Assembly: GCA_030390025.1 (NCBI GenBank)
Contig: CM059431.1
Coordinates: 119,166,001-119,230,000, forward strand
Direction: 5' to 3'
DNA from: Squalus acanthias
Lineage: Eukaryota
DNA: 64,000 bases
The notes beneath the pieces are model-generated. The model did not search any database. It was not told the origin of the DNA and saw only the letters and a list, made by a program, of their open reading frames with translations. Shown here piece by piece: positions 25,566 to 37,084 of this stretch. Numbering within the stretch: position 1 is the first letter of the stretch; each line of letters begins with the position of its first letter. Position numbers and translations under genes: made by a program.

Positions 25566-26687
25566 TGCTGTTGTTGTTTCAATCACCATGACCGTTTCCA
25601 GCTCCACAGTGATCCAGAAAATGTCGAAAAGAAACAAACCAGTCCTAACTTACATCCTCAGGTGACTTACCAGCTCTTTTCCTTGTATCGCTCTGCTTTC
25701 TTTATCTACTATTCTTCTCAAGCACTCCCAATTGCAACCTTGCTGCTCTTATTCTGCATTCCCCAGGCTTTCATCATGCAGGACAAACATTGGCAGTTGC
25801 CTTTCACTTGGCTTCCTGCACTCCGTTCACTCCTGGACGTCACCCTGCTGCATTTTTCCTGCTTATCTTGTATTCCTGCTCACTCTTTGCATGGCAAGAA
25901 ATGCCGTAGGATATGTATTAGTTACATCGAACCATACTGACAGCAGTTGAGGGTTGTAGTGATAAATCAAAGATTTCAGAAGTTAGAAAATACAATATTG
26001 GGGGAGAATTCGTACTTTTGAAAATTGAGGTCCAAATCTCATCTTTATTTTAAAGCCAGCAAATAGACATGCTAATTAGATCAATTTTCTAATTTATGCA
26101 TTCATTCTATAGGATTGTGCTAGCCTTACTGGAACAAACCTAGCCAATCAGGGTTTGCCTGCAGTAATGTTCCTTTTGAGCCTCTGAGTTGGTTTGCAGC
26201 CATTTAATACAGCCATAATTCAGTTCCAGAGAGTGGGAATTTAAGCAAAGCTATGAATTTTTACAGCCCCATTCATTAACATGGCTAATTCTGCATTTTG
26301 AAAGATTGATTTATAGAGGTAGAAACATTTGAACCAAAGTATTTGCTCTTCTGTGTGTAATCATCCTCTGAGTTTTTAAATCAGAAACAAAGGTTAAATG
26401 GTAAATCAAGTTTTAGAAGTTGTGCGCTTTGTAGTTTGTATCACAAATTATATTTAAATTAGTGTCTTGGTTAGCTCTGGCCCTCTCTGTACATCTAATA
26501 ATTATTAAAATAACCAAACATTTGAAATTGTGCATTTTCCATGAGAGAGAGTGAAATATAAAGCAGTGCAAAAAGCTTTTGAACCATTCACAGCTCATCT
26601 GTTTAAAGTGTTTGTGGGTGGAGCGCTGCTCAGCTGTGTAAAAGCTCTGATGATATCAGCTGTGTAAAAGCTCTGATGATATTTAAC

Positions 26688-27452
26688 GGGCCAGAAATTC
26701 GGCTCTTGTCGGGTGAGTACGCGCTGTGTACTCACCCGTAAGGCCACCTGAAGTGCCGGTTTCCTGCATGCACTGCGCATGCGTGGGAAACCGGAACTTC
26801 TATTCCCCTGAAGGGAGGGGTTCAGAAGTCGAACGTGTGCGCGGGAGAGGCAGCGCGCACGCAGCAAACTTCCTTTTTTTTTTCAGGTTTCTCCGGGAGG
26901 GTAAGTATGGAGAAGCTGCACATTTAAAAAGGAGGCGCAAGGCCTGTTTTTAACAAGGTAAGTGGTTAATTAATTACAATTTAAACATTTTTTCAACAGG
27001 TTTATCTTTTTTAGATACTTTAAAGAAAGGTAAGTTTATTTTTAGCACCGTTAAAAAGTATAATTAATTTTTTCAAAAATTTTAATTTTTGTTTAAAGTA
27101 GTTAATTTATGTAACTTATAGTTATTTTAAAAATGTGATGTTTTTTTAAAAATTTATTTGAAGTTTAAGTGTGGTTTTGGGGCCGATCTCTATTCATAGA
27201 TTTGACAGGTCTTCCTGTCAAATCTATGAATGAAAATGCCCTGTTAGGATTGGCTCTCCATGGCCCACATGATCCCAGGGGACGCTTCGAACTAACTGTG
27301 CCCCCGGGATACGCAAGCACTGCACACCGGCAGCTGGAGGAGGCCCAGGACCCGAAGTCCACACGGGCCCAAAGCACAACTGCAAGCGCGGTAGGCAAGT
27401 ACACGCGCGATGCTTGCACCCGCAGGAAGCCGGAAAGCTGAATTTCTGGCCC
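26688..27452 (+). mobile_element. Harbinger-type MITE (family B)
   Basis: Perfect 13-bp TIR GGGCCAGAAATTC; homologous to 14850-15613; flanks AAC/ATA do not match. Confidence 0.85.
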
Positions 27453-27844
27453 ATAGTGTTAGGTGCTTGGTCGCTGAGGGGACCTTACAATCCTGGGCCA
27501 ACCTTCTCCACCAATGTCGGCACTGAACCAGCTAATGTAACAATTGCAGCAAAATCCAAGTTGAATAGATATTGGCCCTGAATTTCCTCGCTATCAGTTA
27601 TGCCCTTGTTGTGTCATTCACCAGCAGAGTTGCACACAAGTTTCCTGGGATAATTTAAGTTAATTATTTTTGATGCAGCAACAGCACAACTTGAGAGCAA
27701 GTGCTTTTGCTGGCAATTTTCACCAAATCACTGGGTGGCATCTCTCAACCACAGCATCAGTCCCAATTGGCACCATGCCGAAATAGGTGCCCGCTGTGCC
27801 CAGGCAACCGGCAGAAGAAGCACAACTGCGTTATCTGAAGAATT

Positions 27845-28205
27845 GTGCGAGTACCTTCACCATATGGACTGCAGTGGTTCAAGAAAGGAAGACTTGATTT
27901 ATGTAGCTCCTGTCATGACCTCAGTACGTTCCAAAGCACTTCACAGCCAATGAAGCACTTTTGATTTGTTGTTGTTGTTGTTGTATTGTAGGAAATGCGG
28001 CAGTCAATTCGCAGCAAGGTCCCACAAAGAGCAATGAAATAAATGACCAGATCATCTGTTTCAGCTGTTGTTTGAGGGATAAATATTGGCCAGTACCCCA
28101 GGAGAATTCCCCCTGTTCACCACCACCTTTGCAAGGCCAAAAGGGATGGGCAATAAACGCTGGTCTTGCCAGCGATGCCCATATCCCAAGAATGAAAAAA
28201 AAAAA
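27845..28205 (+). mobile_element. LINE-type 3' tail split by a minus-strand DeuSINE fragment (~27886-28115)
   Basis: gagtaccttcaccatatggactgcagtggttcaagaa|DeuSINE|caccaccacc...gggatgggcaataaa...A-tail. Confidence 0.7.
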
Positions 28206-28534
28206 GACCTCCAAGTCCTCTTCCACGTGGTACAGGACATAAGCATCACACTCCTCAGTCTTTCTTTCACTAAGCTGGGCACCAACATTAGTCATGCCGC
28301 CTGCAAAGAATTGACACTGGCACTGACTCCCAACTCCTTTCACACTCAGAACTGATGTCTTAATGTCAGGACGACTGATCTACAGTGCAGAAACAAATTA
28401 AAACACTTCATGAGGGCAAGCAAAACTAGCAAGTCTCACTCTGCCTTTCCTCCCTCCCCAACCTGGACACCACCATACTCTTCACCCTATTAAAGCAACA
28501 CTCACACTACTAATCCTTCACATTATACTCTAGG

Positions 28535-28840
28535 CAAAGTAGAGCAGAGAAGGTTGAGAGGAAATTTGATAGAGGTGTTCAAAATCATGAGGGGTCTAGG
28601 CAAGCCGATAGAGAGAAACTGTTCCAGTTGGTGGAAGGGTTGAGAACCAGAGGACACAGATTTAAGGTGATGATTGGCAGAAGAACCAAAGGCGACATGA
28701 GGAAAAACTGTTTTACACAGCGAGTGATTAGGATCTGGAATGCACTGCCTGAAAGGGTGGTGGAAGCAGATTCAATCGTGGCTTTCAAAAGGGGAATTGG
28801 AAAAGTACCTGAAGGAAAAAAAATTGCAGGGCTACGGGGT
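28535..28840 (+). mobile_element. CR1 LINE 3' fragment
   Basis: RTRGHRFKV...KNCFTQRVIRIWNALPE. Confidence 0.85.
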
Positions 28841-28844
28841 GCAC

Positions 28845-29380
28845 TTGATCAGTCGATGAAGACGTCCTGCAGAATCTGACATCTGATGTCCCTTGCGGCA
28901 GCGACTGCGGTCACAACCTGAGTAGCATTGCAGATGAACTGGATGTCCTGGTAATGGAATTTCTGTCTACTCACATACATCGGCGGCTGCTCAGTTGGTA
29001 CCTTCATTGCCACATGAGTGCCGTTGTGGCACCCTGCACCCTGGGGAACTCAGTTCTCCTGTAGAAGTCCCTGGCTCTGTGCCTCTGCAGCCTAGGAGTG
29101 ATGCACGTGTCGAAGAATTCAGCTGCTTTATGAAAGAGGGCAGCCTTGACAGCTCTTTGGCTAATGTTGCACAGATGCCTTGTGGCAGGCTGGAAGGATG
29201 CAAAGCTGTAAAAGTTGAGGGCTGCAGTCACTTTAATTGCCACGGACAAAGCAGTTGTGATAGTGCAATGAGTGCAAAGATTTTCATGATGAAGTTGACA
29301 GAGATGCTCAATGGCATCCTTGGATGTGTTGTGAAAGGGCCAGTGTGGCCTTACACATGCTAGGAAGGGGAACACCTAGT
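28845..29380 (-). pseudogene. Harbinger (HARBI1-like) transposase remnant
   Basis: ALSVAIKVTAALNFY..ASFQ...LCNISQ matches [24 protein letters not shown] of the copy at 51.6 kb. Confidence 0.7.
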
Positions 29381-30496
29381 GGCCTGCTGTCCTCAGTCTC
29401 GCTGCCTGATTCTCCTGGCCTGGAAGCACTGCTGCGGAAACTGCGCCTCCATTATAATGGTATAGAGTGGTATGCCTATGGGGAAAGCTTTCTCTTGCCT
29501 GAAGATGATCCGACTATAAGTATAGAGGTGGGGGAAGTCGTGAGTTTCAAAATTTTGCCTTGAACAGTGAAGCTATCTAAATGAACACTGAAAATTTGAC
29601 AGGAAAAGGTTTTGTGCTGTGAAAAAGATCAAGGAAACTTAATTTTAGCACAACAATGGCGTAAATATATGCAAATGTGCTAAAATTTAAATTTCCTCAG
29701 TCTTTTTGGCGCAGTAATGGTGTAGCAATGTTCTAAGTGCTGAAGACAACGAATAAATTTGGGGTCATTGTGTTAATTAGTCTAGTTGCTCTATCAGTGA
29801 ATTACGTCCAGTTCAGTGAATGAGCTCATTCCTACCTGGTTATTTTAATTTCCACCAACAGAAAACTGACACATCTTTCCCTAAAAGTTCATTAATAACT
29901 TCTTAACAGGCTGCAACAAACAGCAGGAGATTTAAAAATAAAATTGTTGTGAATTACGCTCTTTTTGCGGGGGGGGGGGTGGGCGGAGGAGGAAGGAAAG
30001 CAGGGAGGATTGCAGAAAAGGAAAAAGCTGGAGGTTTCAACTTATCCCTTGCTTTTCCACCCACTTTAGCATGTCTTTCCCATTATTGCATCTAAATGTC
30101 AACAGGAAAAGGCCCCCATTATAATCAAATTGAATCGGCAGGACATTATTGCACATTTGAGGCCACTTTTATAACTTAATAGTGTTGATTAATATTATTG
30201 CTTGAATTTGAATCTTACTTCTATTATTATAGCTTTAGCCTCAAATTTAATTTAAGTATAATATAAATGTTACAGAGGTTGGTGCCAGGTTATGAAATGG
30301 AAAAGAACAGATTCTGCACATCCAAACTCCTCAGCAATAGTCAATAATGAGAATGCGCTCCACAATTAAAGCATCATCATTTGCAATGCGTGGTATTCCA
30401 TGTCCATGATTTTGTGTGCAAAAATTACTCAAAAATGTTCTTTTCAGTTTTTCAGAGCACAAATCCTATCTTTATTCTATTGCCATTCTGACCGGG

Positions 30497-31865
30497 TGTT
30501 ACAATAAATGAAGAATAGCAATTGTAGGCCCCAGGCCGATGAGATCTTGCTGAGCTAGTTAGGTTGTTTAGGCTAGTGTGCTTTTTGCTTAGGGTGGAAA
30601 ATTAGCAGGTGGCTGTGACAAGTTAATAAGCCTGATGGTCATCAATCTGCAGGGTTGGCCAGGCCAGAGAAGCTAATGTGTTTTTTTAAATTACAAAAAC
30701 ATTTCTATGTCACGTCTCAATGTATACTTTTAAATAACATATCTCTTGAGCAACGTCTAGCTGTGCAGTTTTGATAGCAAGTGTCCCTGCACCGCTTGAA
30801 CCTTATTGTGGTGAAAAGTGAATATGTAACCATGATACCCTGGTGGGCTTGCTGAACAAAAGGAAAGTGGTAGCTATATTTAACATGAGAGTTCAAAGGT
30901 TCGAGGTACAGTCATTTCATGGTCACTATTGTGCAAAGGCGGCTGTTTGATTTGTGTAAACAAATTACCTATATAAGGTGCACATAACCACCCGATTGTT
31001 AGAACGGGCTTAAGAGACGACTGCGCAGTGAAGCCATTGTATCTTGATTACTGGAGTGGTAGCTATAACCTTTTACTTTGTATTTTGTAGTGCTACTCTG
31101 TATTTTATAGGGCTATTAATAAAATATATTAAAGGCAATTGATGCTGTGAGCTTGTTTATCTAGTGTTCATAACCTCAAGACTCTTAGGGGGAAAAATTG
31201 GGTGGTGCCCATTTTGGGGCGCTAACGTTGCTGGGTCGCTAATTATAGCGCCCCGAAAAAGTTAGCGCCCCTCTGCTGTAAATTCAGTAGTAGCACCCCA
31301 AGCAGAAGGTGGGGCGCTACTGGAAAGCGTTCCACGTCCTGCTTGGGGCGCTACTACTGAATTTCACGGCGCTACGTGCAGAGGCGCCACGCACGGCGGC
31401 ACATAGCGTCGTGTCATTATGGGCCTCTTCCCCTGATTAAAGGGGAGGGGCCTAGCGCTGCGCGCACTGGGGCCCTACCGGACCACCGGAGAGCGGGGTG
31501 CCGTGAAAACAGCCCGGCACTCAAGAGGCGTGCCGGGCTGAGCGATGGCGGCCGGCACCCAGCATAAAAAAGTGAAAGGGGGCAGGTGCTGGCAGTTGGC
31601 TAAAATAAAAAAGGCCGCCCGACACCCGCCCTTTAAGTAGCGCCGCCACGGCTGCAAAAACGTCCAGCGATAGGTCAGAGGACGTAAGGGAAGTTTGCGG
31701 CTGGGGCGCAAGTGGGGCGCTGCACACAGCGATGACGTCATCGCCACCGGCGCAGCGGCATGGGGCGCTACCAGCTACCGCCGTCACTAAGCTCCCACTA
31801 AATTTCGGCGGGGCGCTAACGAGAGGCGCAAACCAAACCAATTTTCCCCCTTATTATTAGCGTCA
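30497..31865 (+). mobile_element. Possible LTR upstream of the Gag element (interrupted by a MITE)
   Basis: TG start, TATATAA at ~30970, AATAAA at ~31118, ...CGTCA-A-TGG after removing the MITE; no recognisable PBS or 3' partner. Confidence 0.3.
31188..31850. mobile_element. Harbinger-type MITE
   Basis: TIR GGGGGAAAA(A)TTGG; canonical TTA TSD; repeated GGGGCGCTA motifs in both orientations. Confidence 0.88.
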
Positions 31866-32513
31866 ATGGTAATAAATAGTAAGCTGTTTAATTTGGTATT
31901 TATCCAAAATATAAACAAAAATAAATAAGTTGTAAGTGCTTTCAGGATGGAACTTTTAACTTTGGTAGGGGCACAAAACAAGTGCTGTCAGATTGGCCGC
32001 CCGTTATATACCCCACCCCATTTTCCTTTACATTTGCTTCAATGGCGGCCAATCTGATATTGTTTGTGTTACACCCCCTACCAAAGCTGAAAGTGCTTGT
32101 GCTTGTGTAAAATTCGCAATTATCGCGATTCGAAATAACGAGATAAAGCAGATTTGTTTCATCAGTTTTATTTAAACGAAATGCTGTCATGATTAAACAG
32201 GACACAGAAGCCTGTAAAATGGCCGCCGAGCATCGTGGCAGAAGCTTCCAGAATACAGTGGGCAGACAAGATGGCGTTCGAATAAACATTTCAGTATAAG
32301 ATTGGATAATACACAGCCAACACTGATAAAGACAGGATGCAACCTGTCTGCATTCGACACAATAGCAAAGATATAAGTGCTGGAATCATTTTCCATGCAC
32401 AAGTAAGGACCATTGTAATGGGCAATCGAAGGCCCATCCAGACACAGCAATACACATATCAGTATTCGAGGAGGCCCCAAAACCAGTCAGGGAGACTCCT
32501 AGCTGGTTCGACA

Positions 32514-34396
32514 ATGGGGAAAACATTAACGGATAGTTGGCCAGTTTCAGGTGCTACCAATACCCATTAAAGGAAAGAATCGCCCCATGCTGGGAGTTTT
32601 GTGCACCAGAGCAAGCAATAGTATTAGGCAACGAGAGTAATGTTTTAGACCCTGGTGTGAATGGGCGAAATGTGATGGATGAGAGGATAGCCGACTATGT
32701 GTTTGGGAAGGTTAACTTAACCAAAAGGTGGATAAGTGACCTGCTGATGGATAAGCGTCCGCTAGACGCCGCCATCAAATGGACAGGCAGTAAAGAACAT
32801 AAGAAGTCGGTAGAGAAAGCGGTCTGGCTGAGGTGCTACAAGAAGCAAGTCCAACTTTCGGACCAGGCCATTGCAGCACAGGCAGCTCAGATCAGGGAAT
32901 TGGGAGTTGAGATGGAGGAAAAGGTCACGGGAGGACAGAAACTCATTGCATCCTTGAATGCTTTACATCAGGAACGCCAGATAGTAGCCAACCACCATGA
33001 GACTAAAATTGATTACCTAGAGTGTCAGGTCACGGAATCAAAGTTAAACGAGGGTAGGATTAGAGAACGGTGTATCCGCCTAGCTAACCAGATAAAAGCC
33101 CAAGAAGAAAGCTTGCTGGGAGTTAGGGCGGCATACAAGATGGCCCTCGAGGATAGGCATGAGGGAGCTGACCACAGTGTTTGCCAGAAGGAGATAGGGA
33201 ACCTAAGAGAGGCCCTGAATAAGGCAAACGGCATGGTGTGCCTCATCAGCCCGTCAGCACACCAGCCACAGGTGAGTAGGTAATTCCCAAAATCCCTACC
33301 AGACAAAGCAGAGGAGGTATTTGCCACTGCACCCTCCGCGCCACCCAGCTATTCGGCAACCTGGGTAAGGAAGGAAGTGGTGGAAATAGAAGAGGAGGTC
33401 CCCGAGGTAGGACAATCCCCAGAGGTAGTGTCAAAGCCGGGACCGTTGTGTCCGCTCACAGGTCACAAGAGGGGCCCAAACGGAGCCAATGGGGAGGACG
33501 GGGATGTCCTGAACCAGCTTGTGTTGCCTCACAGCTCACACCAGTTGAGAGCGATGATTAGTCATGTACGGAAGCTGTCTGAGTCAGACGACCCTTCCGT
33601 ACACTTCAGGGAGGTAGAACAGACCGCAGCAATTAATGGCTGCGACGATGTGGAAAAGACTAAAATGTTGCTGTTCTCGTTAGATAGCTCGATCCTTCAG
33701 TGTCTCTCAGACGAGAGCAAGAGGGGAAATAATACCTATGAGGAGTTAAGGGACGAGGTCCTAGAAGTGTTGGGGGCGGATGACGAAGGTCCGTTCGTTA
33801 GATTGGGTCAGACAGTTGAGATGGAGGGAGAACCCCCGAAGGTTTTCGCCGACAGGCTGTGGCCAGTATACTAGCGTAGCTGCCCAGGCGCGCCAGCGCG
33901 CGACGATCTGGATGGTGTCGGTTTAACTCATTGGCTCAGGTGTTTTGTAGCCAACAGTTTGCCAGCCATCAGGGAGCAGGCCAAAGCGTGGCTTGATCCC
34001 ACTAACCCCGCCACAACAGAGGAGTCGGTCCTAAATCGACTCACCATAGGGTATCGGAACACTAGGAGCATGGGAGCGCGTCCCCTTAAGGTGCATGAGG
34101 CACGGCCCGCAGCCCCGGCTCAAAAGGAGTGGCATCAGGAGGGAAACCGCGCCCCACAGGCCAGTGGTGCTTGTTACGGGTGCGGAAAGACAGGTCACTG
34201 GCGTAAAAACTGCAGGAATCCCTGGAAGGATTCCAGGGAAAAAGCTCCCGCAGTCCGAACCCAAGCGCCTGTCTCTGAGAAAGGAGCTGGTGTGCCTATC
34301 CATCCCGATGCGATAGAATCAATGTTGGGAGCCATGCGGTCTCTTATGATTTCGCACGGGGAGGTAGCAACAGCCCCATACAACCCAGACTTCTGA
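32514..34396 (+). pseudogene. gag: Gag polyprotein pseudogene (coiled coil, PSAPPSY late domain, capsid-like region, CCHC knuckle)
   Basis: ORFs 32537, 33377 and 33959 share one frame, separated by single stops (33281, 33872); CYGCGKTGHWRKNC at 34172-34213; ATG 32514 joins via a 1-nt frameshift. Confidence 0.8.
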
Positions 34397-35290
34397 CTGG
34401 AACCGGTGCAGCCTGCCTACCTGTGTCCCCTTGAAAGACGCGCACAGGAGGGGGTCTCCTGTAAGGAGGCCAGGTTAAAAGAGCAGGCCTTACGGGAGGA
34501 GAACGCCCGCTTAATGGGGAAAATAGATGGGCTGGAAGGGCAGCTTAGAGCCATGGTAGCAGAGTTGCCCAAACTAAAACAGGATAGAAATCTGCAGCCT
34601 CCAGCAGGTGAGATTTCACAGAAACAAGCAGGGGTGGTGGCCTGTCTTAGGGGAGGGGCCAGACCTGCGAGTGGGGACTCTCAGCCCCAAGCAGGACAGC
34701 AGGGCACACAGACCGGTAAAGCAGCCTGCGTGAGGGGAGAGGACATTCTAGGAAAGTGTAAGATCTTTTCTTGGGGTTGGGATTCCGATGAGGGAGAGCT
34801 CGAGGAGCTCGACCAAGATAGTGACCCGATCGGAGAGGTGCTGAGATCGGAGGACGAAAGGTTCGTCCTCGACTCAAGCTTAGGGGAGATAGGGATTGCG
34901 AGTGGAGATCCACACAGGGTGGAATCAGAAACTGCAGGTCCCGAGCCCAGGGGGGCGGAGCTAGGGGAGACGGAGCCAGCGGCTGTGGTAGGACCACAGG
35001 TCGTGACGGTGGAAGTCTCGGAACCCGGTCCGTCAGCCCTGGAAGTCTTGCCCTTGGGGGAGGTAGGGATTGCGAGTGGAGGACCACATACTGGGCCAAG
35101 TAGGGTGGTACCAGAAACTGCAAATCCCGAGTTCAGGGAGGCGGAGCCAGGGGAGACGGAGCCAGCGGCTGTGGTAGGACCACAGGCCGTGACGGTGGAA
35201 GTCTCGGTACCCGGTCCGTCGGCCCTGGAAACCTTGTCCAATGTAGCCCTCCGTAGGTCAGTTCGGACACCCCAGCCCAGGAAGGCGTAG
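34397..35290 (+). CDS. ORF in frame with gag: coiled coil, acidic/Pro-rich duplicated segment, integrase-tail-like LRRSVR end
   Basis: 294-aa ORF directly after TGA 34394; no protease DTG/DSG, RT YxDD or integrase core seen. Confidence 0.5.
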   Translation: MEPVQPAYLCPLERRAQEGVSCKEARLKEQALREENARLMGKIDGLEGQLRAMVAELPKLKQDRNLQPPAGEISQKQAGVVACLRGGARPASGDSQPQAGQQGTQTGKAACVRGEDILGKCKIFSWGWDSDEGELEELDQDSDPIGEVLRSEDERFVLDSSLGEIGIASGDPHRVESETAGPEPRGAELGETEPAAVVGPQVVTVEVSEPGPSALEVLPLGEVGIASGGPHTGPSRVVPETANPEFREAEPGETEPAAVVGPQAVTVEVSVPGPSALETLSNVALRRSVRTPQPRKA

Positions 35291-36389
35291 TCAAGTCCCC
35301 CATACGCCCCCAGGCGTAAGTTCAAGGTCAAGGCAGCCCAGGGAGATCCCAGTCCCAGCGCAGCAGCGACAGGCTGCGGCAGATCAAAGGAAGGGGTCAG
35401 GAGAGAAGGTGGTAGGTGTGATAGAAGAGTGAACAATTGTGACTTTCTTTTCTTTCCTTCCTAATCTACTTATTTTAAATTATATTTATTTATATTTAAA
35501 TGGTGTCCACGAGTTAAAGGACACAAAATTTAGACTAACCTTAAGGTATAGCTTTAAACTATATTGTTTTACGATCACTGACTAAGGCAGTTCTCCTAAC
35601 AGAATAAAGTACAAGAAATTATTCCAGTTTCCCACACAGTAATAAATTATAAAAAATAGAGATCACTGTATAGCAAAATGCCCCTATTACAAATAACATA
35701 ATAAATAGTAACCTTCCATATTCCTCTATTTGATAGGTATATTTACCTTGAGTTACAGAGAGGCACAATGTATGTATACAATTACAAAAATATGTAGATG
35801 GATAGATGGACAGATTGATAGATAGACGGACAGAGAATTAGAAATGCACCTTATCCCCAGCATGGCAACCTGGTACTGTGTTGCACTGCCACTCACCTTT
35901 GACTGAGTAACTTTCCAATTACTTGCTGACCCTTGGCCTTCTCTTTTTTCAGGTTCATCTCATGACTCAAGCCATGCTGCACAAGAGATGGAGGGAGACC
36001 AGCCTTGTCGAAAGTGCACCATCACTCGCTCCATCCTTACCAAGCACCAGCACAGAAATCTGCACACCAGATAAGATCGAGTCAGAGGGGTCTACACAAA
36101 ATGTATCACTCAACACTAGTGAGCAGCAGCTGCAATAGTGGAAAGTACAGATGGGAGACAATTAAGTGAGGGCAAGCTTGGACAGAGATGCAGACTTCAA
36201 CAGCTCAACCTTTGAAGGAGAGATCTTCTATGTGCACCAGAAATTTCTTGAGGTATCGGGCTGCCTGCCTAAGACCTGCTGAAACATGTCTGACATTATG
36301 AAGGATTCCGGTTCTAGCTTGTGTGTTGTACTGGCACAAGGTCTCGACACTCTATAGTCTGCCATGGAGTGTATGCATAAATAAAAAAA

Positions 36390-36475
36390 ATAAAATGCTG
36401 GAAGCACTCAGCAGGTCAGGCAGTATCAGTGGAGAAAAGTTAATGTTTTATGTCGATGACCCTTTGTCAGAATAG
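36390..36475 (-). repeat. Penelope-like terminal repeat, degenerate
   Basis: aaaatgctggaagcactcagcaggtcaggcag...gtcgatgaccctttgtcagaa. Confidence 0.55.
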
Positions 36476-36544
36476 GAAGATGGTATAAATGAACAACTTA
36501 TAGCATCCAGCATTAGCATCGTTGATTGAAGTTCAAACTGGTGC

Positions 36545-36700
36545 CAATGGGATTGACTCTTAAATGCCCTCTGAAATGGCCTAGCAACCCACTCAGTTGT
36601 ATTCTACCTACCTACCACCACCTTCTCGAAGGCAATTAGGAGGGATGGGCAATAAATTGTTGGCAACATCCAAATTCCCGTGAATGATAAAAAAAAAATG
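36545..36700 (+). mobile_element. 3' fragment of the SINE family at 21271
   Basis: ttgactcttaaatgccctctgaaatgg...gggatgggcaataaat...A-tail. Confidence 0.65.
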
Positions 36701-37084
36701 TAGGCTCTGGTCTCCACCTCCTCCACCGCCTTCAACAGAGTGGGGGAACGCAATGATATGGGCTTCAATTGTGTCACACAGATCAGTGAGAGTGCTGAGC
36801 CGCCGCCCCATGGGAGTGGCAGTGGCATAATGGCACTAGCACATGTTGCCTTCTCCCATGATGAGAGCATGCCTGCCCCCGGTCATCTCCTCAACCAGTT
36901 TCCACCATGGTGCCAGGAAGCACACTGGGTTGCCCCGGTTATAGTGAGATGATGCATGCTGCAGTCTGCAGCCAAGCCTTGGCTCCTAGAAGTCATTGAC
37001 CATGAGCACCTCAGAAGCCCTCACCTGAGCATCAGCAGTCTTCTATGTCCCATGCTGAAGCCAATGGGGGAGCACTTCTAGTGG

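Larger units (their letters stand above)
35945..37075 (+). pseudogene. Degenerate Harbinger Myb-gene last-exon remnant with nested repeats
   Basis: ttttcag|GTTCATC acceptor and gcaccatcact...agcaccagcacaga match the exon starting at 49486. Confidence 0.5.

Noticed and set aside
31188..31850. Spaced GGGGCGCTA repeats as a CRISPR-like array
   Set aside because: Short, irregularly spaced, in both orientations and inside a TIR element; fits subterminal binding sites in eukaryotic DNA
34647..35436. Long antisense ORFs (158 and 251 aa)
   Set aside because: Shadows of the GC-rich, repeated plus-strand ORF; no motifs
35400..35445. Polypurine tract followed by TG as the start of a 3' LTR
   Set aside because: Downstream sequence shows no convincing match to the putative 5' LTR
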